Shown here one piece after another: positions 50,893 through 60,597 of a stretch of 60,597 nt of DNA (position 1 is the stretch's first letter; every line of letters starts with the position of its first letter). The translations under genes and the position numbers were made by a program. The stretch lies in the NCBI GenBank assembly GCA_044869275.1, contig JBIOXB010000177.1, forward strand, positions 1 to 60,597, in the 5' to 3' direction. The stretch comes from a bacterium (GTDB taxonomy: Bacteria; Zhuqueibacterota; Zhuqueibacteria; Zhuqueibacterales; Zhuqueibacteraceae). The notes beneath the pieces are model-generated. The model was given only the letters and a program-made list of their open reading frames with translations, did not search any database and was not told the origin of the DNA.

Positions 50893-51237
50893 TTTCTTCA
50901 ACGCATAGCTGCATTGCAATCCAAAGCGATCGCTCTTTAATGTGACATTGATCAGTTTTTTTGAACACGGATAACATAGATTTGCGATGGTTTTTTGTTG
51001 CTGCCGGCCCTAGAATTGCTTTATGAATGCTTCAGCCTATGCGCGGCTTTAGCGTGGTTCAATTGGCGACCAAGTTAAAGTGCTTCTTGAAACGGTGGCA
51101 TCCTTCATTCATCTACGTCGAACTTGCAAATTAACTACTCAAGGCCGGCGGTCACTTCAGGAATATCAATTGTGCAACCCATCTAAAGTGATAGTTTAAG
51201 AATTTAGAAGAGATATTCAAGTGACGCTTTAAGCTCT

Positions 51238-51500
51238 TTATTTTGGAGCTGAAGCTGAGCATGATTCAGCAAAGTAGAGAATACGGCTTTCAGAATCGCC
51301 AATTTCACGCCTTATCGACAAACTCTTTTCCAAATACTCCATGACTTTCTCTAATACCCAAGCGCCTTGCTGAATTCCACCAAAATTGTCTACGCTCCCC
51401 CCCTTCGCACGCGCCAATTTCACGGCTTATCGACGAACTCCTTGCCCTGGTCTCTCGGCGAGAATCACTCTTGACTATTGCTCTAACGCCAAGAATATGC
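51238..51500 (-). pseudogene. Degraded tetratricopeptide-repeat gene remnant
   Basis: MEYLEKSLSIRREIGD, and SISREIGA in another frame; 23-nt direct repeat (1 mismatch) at 51297 and 51412. Confidence 0.6.
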
Positions 51501-51750
51501 GACCTCAAACCTTCGCTGTCAAGTCAATATTGGCCGGCAATTTGAAAAAATACGAAAATGTACATTTTCACGCATCGCGCCAGAGGCAACTTTGGACCTG
51601 TGACGGAGGTGATGTGGAGGTTGGAAACAGAGGTATTGCGTCAAGCTTGTATCCCCCCAACATGGGAAGCCGTAGTGCAACGAGATCAGCCTAATACTCT
51701 TTCAAATAGAAAAAACTGAAACCCTTGACAGTGTCAAAAAGCGCATTTGC

Positions 51751-51838
51751 ACACGGATGACGCGGATGAAACGGATTCTCACGGATTTTTAACCTTGCTT
51801 TATAGTGTCCATTCACTCAATCCGTGTCATCCGCGATC
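51751..51838. repeat. Nonamer-array inverted repeat (ACGGAT type)
   Basis: acacggatg acgcggatg aaacggatt ctcacggatt ... aatccgtgtc atccgcgatc. Confidence 0.75.
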
Positions 51839-51864
51839 AAAAAACAACCAGAAGGCTTTCAGAT

Positions 51865-53322
51865 TTATTTTGTTTGCAGCGCAAACAGGGTCGAGCGGTT
51901 GGTCACGTACAGCACCCCGCTCTTTGCCACCGGTGTGGTGTAAACCGCGCTGCCCATGTTGACTTCGTGCAGCAATTCCATCTGCTTGCCGGTTTTGAGC
52001 ACGGCGACATCGCCGTCTTCGTCGCCAATGTAAACTTTGCCATCGGCCACCATGGGCGAGCCCCAAATCGCGGCAAAGGTATCATATTTCCAATACAGCT
52101 CGCCGGTCTTGGCATCGAAGCAATACACAAACCCGCTGAGGTCGGCCGTGTAGAGCAGTCCGTCCGCAATGGCGACCGTCGACATAGTGCGATTGAAGTC
52201 TTTATAGCCGCGATGCCAAACGAGTGCGGTTTTGGTCACCTCGCCTTTTTGCGTGGCATCGATGGCATATAAGTGGCTGATGCCTTCGCCATGTTCCGGA
52301 TCCTGTCCCAAGCCGACGTAAACTTTATTATCGAAAATTACCGGCGTGGCGATGAAATCACTTTTCGTGCCGGAGCCGCCGAGCTCATAGAATGCCTCCG
52401 GCGGGTTGCAGGTGAATTTCCAAATCAGCTTGCCGGTAGCAGGCTCGAACGAATAAAGCACGCCGTCGCCACCGGGAAAGATCACTTGCGGCACGCCGTT
52501 GATCACGCTGTACGCCGGATTCGACCATTGCCCGTGCATAATATTCGTGCCCGGGGAATTGTCCTGCCACACGAGCTTGCCGGTGTTCTTGTTCAGGGCG
52601 ATGAAACTGGGCGCCTCGGGGGAAGGGATGTGGATATGGCTCTCATCGACGCCGTTGGCCGTCACGACGAAAAGCAAATCGCCGACGGAGATGGGCGAAC
52701 ACACCGCGAGATTGTGAGGAAACACGTCCAATTCGCCAATCATGTCGTATTTCCAAATGACATCCGCATCGATCAAGCTGGTGTCGGTTTCGGTTTTGAA
52801 GGCGCCGTCATTTTCACCATCGATAAAGCCTTCGGTATCCAAACAAACCACTTCAGCGCGATTGGTAACATAATAGAGCCGGTCGCCTTCAACAAAAGGG
52901 CTCGAGCACACGCCTTGCATCGGCCAGTCATTCACCCGGCCCGCCGCGAGCTTGGTGGAGGTGGCTTCCCACAGGAATTTGCCGTCGGCTTCGCGAAAGC
53001 ACATGACCACGCCGCGATCGCCGCCGAGCTTGGGATTGCGCCGGCCTTCGTTATTTGTGCCGGCAAAAACTTTGCCATTGCTGATGATGGGGTTGCCGAA
53101 TGTTTGCGAGCCTAAAGACGCGGTCCATTTGATATTCAATCCCGAGCTGGGATCCCATTGCGCGGGCAGATTTTTTTCGTTGGAAATCATGTTGCGCTCG
53201 GTGGTGCCGCCCCACATCGCCGATTCGGCGGAGTAAAAACCAATCGTGCACAGCGTGAGCGCGGCGATCAGCAGGCGCGTCCGTTGAATGACCTTCGCGC
53301 GGCGGGTATTCTGGCTGAACAT
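51865..53322 (-). CDS. Secreted PQQ-binding-like beta-propeller protein
   Basis: Signal peptide; MWGGT.ERNM, LGSQTFGNP, HGQWSNP and WGSPMVADGKVY; TAATG overlap with the upstream gene. Confidence 0.87.
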   Translation of the reverse strand: MFSQNTRRAKVIQRTRLLIAALTLCTIGFYSAESAMWGGTTERNMISNEKNLPAQWDPSSGLNIKWTASLGSQTFGNPIISNGKVFAGTNNEGRRNPKLGGDRGVVMCFREADGKFLWEATSTKLAAGRVNDWPMQGVCSSPFVEGDRLYYVTNRAEVVCLDTEGFIDGENDGAFKTETDTSLIDADVIWKYDMIGELDVFPHNLAVCSPISVGDLLFVVTANGVDESHIHIPSPEAPSFIALNKNTGKLVWQDNSPGTNIMHGQWSNPAYSVINGVPQVIFPGGDGVLYSFEPATGKLIWKFTCNPPEAFYELGGSGTKSDFIATPVIFDNKVYVGLGQDPEHGEGISHLYAIDATQKGEVTKTALVWHRGYKDFNRTMSTVAIADGLLYTADLSGFVYCFDAKTGELYWKYDTFAAIWGSPMVADGKVYIGDEDGDVAVLKTGKQMELLHEVNMGSAVYTTPVAKSGVLYVTNRSTLFALQTK

Positions 53323-55511
53323 TATTTGCTCCTCGTGATCTTGATATTGTCATAATAGATGTCGGACGGCGAATAACCGTACAAACCCGGGCTGCCTTCG
53401 TAATTGGGCAAATCATCATCCAAGGTGATCGTCCAGGCCTCGGGTTCGTTGTCGGCTTTCCGCCAAACCTTGCCTTTGACCGTGGCTTTCTTTCCCACAA
53501 AATCCACCTGCAATTTCATGGTATACCAAACTTCGGGATCCCATTTGAAATCGACGTTCTTAGACTTCAACAATTCCGCGCCCCACGTGCGCATTTGCAG
53601 ACGTTGCGACACCCCCATCAGATCGAGCGTATAGCGATAGGCGGTCAAGCCGATATCCGGCAATTGGCGTTTCTTCATGCCCAGCAAATCCGCTTGAATG
53701 GTATAGCCCTTCATCCCTTCGGGACCGAGGAAAATGTCGGAGCGATTCAAACCCACGCTGGCAGGAGGTTTCACCAGGACTTTATTGCCACTTTTCGTTT
53801 GCACGGCAAACTTGTTGGCGGCCCCGACAAAATACGCCGGCACCTTGCCCTCGTCGATCGCTTCAAAATCTTCCTGCCAGGGGACATCGGCAATCACACG
53901 CACGCGCGCCGTGCCTTTGAGATTTTCAAAGGCCCCGGTGATCGTTCCCGCTTGCATGCCCTTATTTTTATCGAAAGTGAATTCGCCGTTTTTGCTCGCA
54001 AGCGCCGCCATCTCCGTCGTCCACACCGCATTCACTTCGCGCAGGAAGCGGCCCTTGTCGTCGAACGCACGCGCGCGAAATTTTGCTTTCTGGCCCGGGC
54101 TCGTCAAAATTTCTGCAGGCACGATTTGAAGGTGAGTGGCCGCGGCATGGTTGCCTGCCACCGATTCATGCAAGAGGTTCGGCATCGGCGGCGTCATTTT
54201 GAACGGAACACTTTTGTCGCCGAGGCAATAGATTCCGCTTTCCGAAGTGAAATAAACGCGCTGATAAGCGATCGCCGGCGAGCCGTACATTTCCGCATAG
54301 CGGCCGTCTTTCACCGTGATTTTTTCCGCATCCAGAGATTCACATTTTTCCGCTTCAGGCTTGAGAATGTGAAACCACCCATTCACTTCGGTCGCGTAGA
54401 TTTTGCCGTCCGCCCATACCGGCGAGCCTTTTCCTACAGTGCCGAGATTGTACTGCCAGCAACGTTTGCCGTCGTTGGCGTCAATGCAAATCAAATTGCC
54501 GGAATTGTCGATGATGTACAGGCGGCCATCGTGGATCATGGGCGAAGGATAACCCACTTCGCAGTTGTCGAGGCGCCACACCTCATGCGTTTTGGTAACG
54601 TCGCCCGTGCCCGTGCCATCGATGCACACTACGCGGCCCATTGCCGTGTTGTCGAGATTCTCTTCACTGTGCATGGCATACACGCGATTACCCTCGACCA
54701 CTACGGAGGAATTGATCGCCGCTTTGGACAATTTGAATTCCCACACCTTCTCTCCGGTGCGCGCTTTCATGGCCAGCACGGCCCCGTCGCCGCCGCCGCC
54801 AATGAGCAGGCGCTGGCCATTGATCACGGCGACCACCGGCGTGGAATAGTTGGTGTCAAACGGCCTGCTGCCCGGCTCGGATTCCCACACCAAATCGCCG
54901 GTGCGCTTGTCAAAGGCAAAGAAGCGATGTCCCATCGCAGTTTGATTGCCCCAGCCGGTGTTCAGATAGCTGATGATAACGAGATTCTCGTCAACCACCG
55001 GCGTCTGCGTGCGGCCGCCGTAACCGGAGAAACGGCCGAACTCTTCGGTCAGTGAGCGTGACCACAGGGCTTTGCCGTCGCTATTGTACGCATAAAACAT
55101 CCCGCCCACGCCGTAAGCATATACGTTCCCCGTTTCCGGATCGCCGGCCAGACAACTCCAGCCCACGCGATTGAACGGCACCGTGGTGAGAAATACGTTG
55201 AAGCGATGCTCCCATAATTGCTTACCGCTCTCGGCAGCAAAACAAGCGACCACTTCCTGCCGGGACAACCCTTCGCCCGCGCGGCCGATGACATACACGC
55301 GCCCGTTCATGACCACAGGCGTGGAACGGCCGACAAAATCCGCTTTCCAAATTAAGTTTTCACCGTTCACCGACCAGGTCGAAACCAAACCGGTTTCAGT
55401 TGATACGCCATTTTGCCGCGGACCGCGCCAGTTCGGCCAGTCAGAAGCAAAGGCATAGTCAAAGCGGTCACACATGAACAGGAACAGAGCGAATACAATT
55501 CTGCGATACAT
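53322..55511 (-). CDS. Secreted PQQ-like beta-propeller protein with C-terminal Ig-like and lectin-like domains
   Basis: Start MYRRIVF after AAGGGAG; DWPNWRGP, GRSTPVV, YSTPVV and YGSPAI; C-terminal GSPGLYG..YYDNIKI. Confidence 0.85.
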   Translation of the reverse strand: MYRRIVFALFLFMCDRFDYAFASDWPNWRGPRQNGVSTETGLVSTWSVNGENLIWKADFVGRSTPVVMNGRVYVIGRAGEGLSRQEVVACFAAESGKQLWEHRFNVFLTTVPFNRVGWSCLAGDPETGNVYAYGVGGMFYAYNSDGKALWSRSLTEEFGRFSGYGGRTQTPVVDENLVIISYLNTGWGNQTAMGHRFFAFDKRTGDLVWESEPGSRPFDTNYSTPVVAVINGQRLLIGGGGDGAVLAMKARTGEKVWEFKLSKAAINSSVVVEGNRVYAMHSEENLDNTAMGRVVCIDGTGTGDVTKTHEVWRLDNCEVGYPSPMIHDGRLYIIDNSGNLICIDANDGKRCWQYNLGTVGKGSPVWADGKIYATEVNGWFHILKPEAEKCESLDAEKITVKDGRYAEMYGSPAIAYQRVYFTSESGIYCLGDKSVPFKMTPPMPNLLHESVAGNHAAATHLQIVPAEILTSPGQKAKFRARAFDDKGRFLREVNAVWTTEMAALASKNGEFTFDKNKGMQAGTITGAFENLKGTARVRVIADVPWQEDFEAIDEGKVPAYFVGAANKFAVQTKSGNKVLVKPPASVGLNRSDIFLGPEGMKGYTIQADLLGMKKRQLPDIGLTAYRYTLDLMGVSQRLQMRTWGAELLKSKNVDFKWDPEVWYTMKLQVDFVGKKATVKGKVWRKADNEPEAWTITLDDDLPNYEGSPGLYGYSPSDIYYDNIKITRSK

Positions 55512-55995
55512 TTTTCCAGACTCCCTTCGCTTGACCTCATGCCTTGGGAATAGACAGCTCATTCCGAGTGCACAGATTTTATCTATGTCAGGACTATTGT
55601 ACAACCGTTTCGTTGCATAACGGGCGACAGCAGACACAAAAATGCGAAACCTTTTTAGGAAAGTCAAGTCGAAGAAAGTCTTTGCACTGGTGTGCGGGGA
55701 CGCTACCATTCTTAGCTTTTTGTCTTGATAATCATTAGTAGGCAAAAATTTTCTTTACGTTCTGCAAACCAGCAATTGTAACAGTATAATTTCAGTGTGG
55801 TTTTTTTTTTTGTATTTGCCGGGCAGGTATGCCTCCGGCAAGGCTCTTTTCCCACCTGAGCATTTTAAAACGTTCACGGACGAATCATTCCACCTCGTTC
55901 ATCTTCTGAAATTCAAACAAGCGTGAATGATGGCCGCTCCACTGAAACATTAGACGGCACGGACGAGGCACTCAGATATTTGAAAGGATTGTCAC

Positions 55996-58900
55996 GTGAC
56001 AAAATCTCGTATTTTGGCAGACAGTGTTCCTGGTTTCACCGCGGAAATCAGCTCAAGTACCGCATCGCATCTGCGCTCCTTACAGCACCATCACCCACAG
56101 CCGGCCAGGTCCACGAGATTTTGCGCGATGGCCCTCCATTTGTGTGTTTGGGCTGCCATTTTATGCGCCTGGATTCCTGGGGCACACGCTCAAACGGTGG
56201 GCGCAGCGCTCTCAGCCAACAGTGAATCGAATTTCAGCAAATCCAACCAGAACAAAGTGTTTTATCACGACGGCAAATGGTGGGCGATCGCGCTTTTGAG
56301 CGGCGCGTCCGATTGGTACATTTGGCAATTTGACGCGAACGCGGGCACCTGGAATGCCATGGTTCTGGTGCATACTTCTTCTTCGCGAAGGCCGGATGCA
56401 TTGCTCGAAGCAGCCAACAATCGCCTTTACGTTTTCCTCTCCAGCAGCTCCAAATCCGAGATCAATCGCTATTCGTACAGCGGCGGCACCTGGGTTTTGG
56501 ATTCCGGTTTTCCTGTGAGCCTGTCTGATTTTCTCGATGGCGGCACTGGGGATCCCATCAGTCTGGTGCAAGCGAAAAACGGCAATCTCTGGATCTTTCG
56601 CATGACCAACAACACGCTTGAAGCCAAAAAATCCTCAAACAACGGCAGCACCTGGACGAGCATCACGACGGTGAAAACCGACTTGACCACCAGCACCGGC
56701 ACCGCAGACGGAGTTGTTTTCACCAATGCGTCTGCACAGAATTGCGTGGGTGTGGCGTATGCAGAAACGGATGATGACGGCAGCCGTTTTGGCTTTCTGG
56801 TGCATCGCGACAGCGACGCGGACAACGTTTGGACGGACGAAACGAGTTCATTGACTTTTAGCGCGGACGAGCGCGCGACCAACGAAATCTGCGCGACTTC
56901 TGATAATGGCAACAACGTTTATGTGCTGACGCAGAATGCCAATGCCACCGGCTCCGTTCCGCGCAACACTCTGTACAAGCGCAGCCCTGCCGGAACGTGG
57001 CAGCGTTTTACCGTCAACACTGCGGCGGACTGGACCAATCCTGCCGTGGCCGTGGATAACGGCCACAGTGTTTTATTCGTGCTCGGTATCAACACTGCCA
57101 ACGGACAAGGCGAATACAAAAGCTGCACCCTCGGCCAAGAAGCAAATTTAGCGACTGCCACCCAAACGACCCTGTTCAGCAATGGCACTGCTTCGAATGA
57201 TTTTACGGATTTGAGTGTACCTTCGCCGCGCAACTTAGGATCAGCTACCGAGCTCATGGTTTGTGTTGGCAACCAAGATGACGAACTCGTCTGGTACAAT
57301 CGCATTCCATTCAGTGGCGGTCCCACCCCTCTCATCGTCGGCAACATCACGGTTTCGCCGAACGAGGCGAATGCCATCGCCGCCTATACGCTCCCGATTA
57401 CGCTGGGCAGCGCTGGCGCTTTGGCTGCAGGGACCGGCACGATTGCGATCCAGTTTCCCGACAACACTTTCGTTCCCAACAGCATCAGCGCCAGTGCCGT
57501 CACCGTCAATGGCACGGCGGCCACGACCGTCATTGCCAATGGCGCGACGCGAGAGGTGACGATCACCACACCGGTGAATCTGGCGAACAGCGGGAACATT
57601 ACAATCGCTTTCGCTATTGGCGCGGGTTTGTTGAATCCCTCTGCTGCCGGCAACAAAACGCTGTCGGTGTGGACGAGCGCCGAACCCGCACACGTTGCTT
57701 CGCCGAACTATGCCATTACCCCGGCCACTACCAGCGTGTCGGCAGCCACGGTGACACCCAATCCGGTTTTGCCGAATGCGGCGGCGGCCTACACTATCGT
57801 CTTCAATCTCGGCGCGCATGGCCGGCTAATAGCGGGCAGCAGCACGATCACTATCACCTTCAATAACGCGACGACGGTGAGCAACGGCAGCATCAGCGGC
57901 GCGCAAATCAATGGCATCAATGCGATCGCGACCGGCAACAGTGCGGCGAAAACGGTGGTCCTGGCAGTGCCAGCTTCCTTGAATCTTGCCAATGGCGCGG
58001 CAGTGACGATCAGCCTTCCCTCCTCTGCCCTCATCAATCCCGCCGGCGCGGGAAACTATACGATCACAGTCGCCACGAGCGTTGAGACGACGGCAACAAC
58101 TTCCAGTCCATATGGCATTTCATTGGGCACTTCTTTGACCATCGGAACCGTCTTGCTGTCCACCCACGAAGCCAATACCAACGCGAGCTACACGATACCC
58201 TTGACGCTGGGCAGCAGCGGCGCGTTGAGCGCGGGCAGCGGCACCATTGCCATGCAATTTCCCAACAACACTTTCGTCCCGGTCAGCATTGCCTCGAATA
58301 AAGTCACCGTGAACGGCGTGGCGGCCGGAGCCGTGGTTTCCAACAGCAGCACACGCGAAATAACCGTGACCGTGCCCAGTAACCTGGCAGGCGGCGCCAA
58401 TGTCAGCCTGGTCCTTAACGCCGCGGCCGGCCTGTTGAATCCTTCCGCTGCCGGCAACTATACGTTGCAGGCCTGGAGCAGCGTCGAGCCTGCGCACGCC
58501 AATTCAGCGGCATACGCGATCAATGCGGCAACGACGAGCGTGACAGCGGCGAACGTGACTCCCAACCCCATGGTCGTAGGTGCGGCTGCTTCCTACACCA
58601 TTGCATTCAATCTCGGCGCGCATGGCAGATTGATCGCTGGCAGCAGCACGATCACGATTATGTTCAACAATTCAACCGTGGTGAGCAATGGCAGCATCAG
58701 CGGTGCGCAAATCAACGGCGTGAATGCTGCAGCGACCGGCAGTAGCGCCAGCAAGACGGTCACGCTCACGGTGCCGGCAGCATTGCCGCTGGGCAACGGC
58801 GCTGCCGTCACGATTCTCTTGCCCGCCGCCGCAATCAGCAATCCTGCCATCGCGGGCAATTACACCTTGATGGTTGCGACCAGCGTCGAGGGCACGCCGG

Positions 58901-60597
58901 TGACCTCAAACGCTTACACCATTTCACCCCCACTGCCCTTCACTGTGGGAGCGCTTTCCCTGGCCAGCTACGAAGCCAATGCCAACACCAGCTACACGAT
59001 TCCATTGACGTTGGGCAGCAGCGGCGGCCTGAGTGCCGGCAGCGGCACCATCACGATAAAGTTTCCCGCCAACACTTTAGTTCCCAACAGCATTGCGACG
59101 AACCAGGTCACCCTCAACGGCGTTGCCGCGAGCGCCGTGGTTTCCAGCAGCAGCACGCGTGAAGTGAGCATCACCGTACCCGCCAGTCTGGTGGGCGGTC
59201 TGAATGTTAACCTGGTGTTCAACCCCGGCGCAGGATTGTTGAACCCCTCCCAGTCAGGCAATTACTCTGCGCAAGCCTGGAGCAGTGTTGAGCCCACGCC
59301 TGTGGCCTCGCCAGTTTATGCGATCAACGCTGCCATGACCACGGTCACCGCCGCGCAGGTCACGCCCAATCCCAACACCGCGAGCAGCGCCTCCGCTTAT
59401 AGCATGGCCTTCAGTCTGGGCGCGCGTGGGCGGTTGATTGCGGGCAGCAGCACGATCACGATCACGCTCAACAATTCCACCGTGGTGAGCAACGGCAGCA
59501 TCAGCGGCGCGCAAATTAACGGCGTAAATGCGATCGCGACCGGCAGTAGCGCCAGCAATACGGTGATCCTTACGGTGCCGGCGGCATTGATTCTCGGCAA
59601 TAACGCAGCGGTGACTGTCAATCTTCCCGCTGCTGCACTCACCAATCCCGCCAGCGGCGGCTATTATACGCTCATCGTCGCCACGAGCGTAGAAGCCACC
59701 GAGGTGGTTTCGAACGTTTACTTGATTCAAGGCAGTGGCGGCGTACCGCCCCCCGGCGACGCTTCGCCCATTGCGGGAACTGGCGCCGATTTTGACAAGC
59801 CGCATCAAAGCCGCGTGTTCTATCATGACAGCAAATGGTGGCTCACCGCGGTCAAGCAGAGCGACAATACCTGGAAGCTCTGGAAGTTCGACGGTGCGAA
59901 CTGGATCGAACAATTGCAGGTCGCCGATACCAGAGCCTCACGCCCGGATTGTTTCGTCGATAATGCGAACAACAAGCTTTACATCTTTGTCTCACACAGT
60001 TCGCAATCGAGGTTTCTGCGCTTGAGCTACAGTGCGGGCGCCTGGAGCATGGATGCGGGTTATCCGGTGAATGTGCCAAATTTTACGCATTCCGGCGAAT
60101 ATTCCGTAAGTTTCTCGCGCGCAAAGAATGGCGAGCTTTGGGGCTTTCGCGTGCCGAGCAGCCAGCTCGAAGGAATCGTCTCCTCCAATGAAGGCCAGAC
60201 TTGGTCCAGTGTCATTACCCTCAAAAGCGGACTGAGCAATAAGGCCCTCACCGACTGCCATGCCTTTTCGGCAGGCGGCGATTATATGGGCGTGTGCTAT
60301 TCGGAAAATTCCACGGCGAATTCGATCGTGGGATTTCTGTGGCACCAGGATGGCGCCAGCCAATCCACATGGACTGATGAAAGCTCGCAGCTGCCACTTT
60401 ACAGTGGAACCCAATCAGACGACCATATCAACATGGCGGTTGCCAACGACGGTACGGTTTATCTGATCACCAAAACGGACGGCGGCGGCAACACCATTGT
60501 CGACAACGGCCTTTATAAGCGCTCGACCGGCGGCACCTGGCAATTGTTTGCGGTCAATCGCGGCGGCGGCTGGACCCGGCCTGCGCTGGGCATCGAT
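55996..60597 (+). CDS. Large secreted surface protein (Asp-box propeller, 3 x 268-aa Ig-like repeats, second propeller); 3' end outside the window
   Basis: No stop seen in frame 1 from GTG 55996 (RBS AAGGA; alternative ATG 56128) to the window end; signal-like LCVWAAILCAWIPGAHA|Q; KVFYHDGKWW and RVFYHDSKWW; SSNNGSTW and SSNEGQTW; repeats start at 57331, 58135 and 58939. Confidence 0.85.
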   Translation, partial: MTKSRILADSVPGFTAEISSSTASHLRSLQHHHPQPARSTRFCAMALHLCVWAAILCAWIPGAHAQTVGAALSANSESNFSKSNQNKVFYHDGKWWAIALLSGASDWYIWQFDANAGTWNAMVLVHTSSSRRPDALLEAANNRLYVFLSSSSKSEINRYSYSGGTWVLDSGFPVSLSDFLDGGTGDPISLVQAKNGNLWIFRMTNNTLEAKKSSNNGSTWTSITTVKTDLTTSTGTADGVVFTNASAQNCVGVAYAETDDDGSRFGFLVHRDSDADNVWTDETSSLTFSADERATNEICATSDNGNNVYVLTQNANATGSVPRNTLYKRSPAGTWQRFTVNTAADWTNPAVAVDNGHSVLFVLGINTANGQGEYKSCTLGQEANLATATQTTLFSNGTASNDFTDLSVPSPRNLGSATELMVCVGNQDDELVWYNRIPFSGGPTPLIVGNITVSPNEANAIAAYTLPITLGSAGALAAGTGTIAIQFPDNTFVPNSISASAVTVNGTAATTVIANGATREVTITTPVNLANSGNITIAFAIGAGLLNPSAAGNKTLSVWTSAEPAHVASPNYAITPATTSVSAATVTPNPVLPNAAAAYTIVFNLGAHGRLIAGSSTITITFNNATTVSNGSISGAQINGINAIATGNSAAKTVVLAVPASLNLANGAAVTISLPSSALINPAGAGNYTITVATSVETTATTSSPYGISLGTSLTIGTVLLSTHEANTNASYTIPLTLGSSGALSAGSGTIAMQFPNNTFVPVSIASNKVTVNGVAAGAVVSNSSTREITVTVPSNLAGGANVSLVLNAAAGLLNPSAAGNYTLQAWSSVEPAHANSAAYAINAATTSVTAANVTPNPMVVGAAASYTIAFNLGAHGRLIAGSSTITIMFNNSTVVSNGSISGAQINGVNAAATGSSASKTVTLTVPAALPLGNGAAVTILLPAAAISNPAIAGNYTLMVATSVEGTPVTSNAYTISPPLPFTVGALSLASYEANANTSYTIPLTLGSSGGLSAGSGTITIKFPANTLVPNSIATNQVTLNGVAASAVVSSSSTREVSITVPASLVGGLNVNLVFNPGAGLLNPSQSGNYSAQAWSSVEPTPVASPVYAINAAMTTVTAAQVTPNPNTASSASAYSMAFSLGARGRLIAGSSTITITLNNSTVVSNGSISGAQINGVNAIATGSSASNTVILTVPAALILGNNAAVTVNLPAAALTNPASGGYYTLIVATSVEATEVVSNVYLIQGSGGVPPPGDASPIAGTGADFDKPHQSRVFYHDSKWWLTAVKQSDNTWKLWKFDGANWIEQLQVADTRASRPDCFVDNANNKLYIFVSHSSQSRFLRLSYSAGAWSMDAGYPVNVPNFTHSGEYSVSFSRAKNGELWGFRVPSSQLEGIVSSNEGQTWSSVITLKSGLSNKALTDCHAFSAGGDYMGVCYSENSTANSIVGFLWHQDGASQSTWTDESSQLPLYSGTQSDDHINMAVANDGTVYLITKTDGGGNTIVDNGLYKRSTGGTWQLFAVNRGGGWTRPALGID

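Noticed and set aside
55512..55745. N-terminal extension of the 807-aa ORF
   Set aside because: Lies in the AT-rich divergent promoter region; the ATG at 55511 has an RBS and signal peptide.
56212..60414. Repeated short minus-strand ORFs
   Set aside because: Shadows of the repeat units of the plus-strand protein.

Overview
GC-rich bacterial window. The gene style is reminiscent of candidate phylum KSB1 or related FCB/PVC lineages, but this is an inference. All genes from 163 to 55511 lie on the minus strand. (1) 163-20669: a probable low-oxygen amino-acid fermentation cluster with a group 3b [NiFe] hydrogenase and its maturation protease, MaeB, a divergent Ald-like protein, leucine dehydrogenase, a VOR-type 2-oxoacid:ferredoxin oxidoreductase, a CoA-transferase-GNAT fusion and a Usp, next to a FixL-like heme-PAS kinase and a sigma54 regulator. 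(2) 20821-24515: a MarR/YceI/CatE/OsmC stress cluster with internally deleted kefC and SDR remnants. (3) 24717-36807: an EhpF-like adenylating enzyme, an aldehyde-dehydrogenase-fold reductase, a Fe-ADH and a CAT-like acetyltransferase beside PQQ-type beta-propeller genes, with no phenazine core genes in view. (4) An S9 peptidase, an MFS transporter, a 3500-aa LamG/crystallin/PKD protein with a possible pore-forming core, and two more propeller genes. (5) A plus-strand secreted repeat protein that is absent from the ORF track and runs off the right end. About ten intergenic gaps hold hairpin-forming elements whose arms are inverted arrays of degenerate 7-10-nt repeats; one of them encloses a four-helix-bundle gene.
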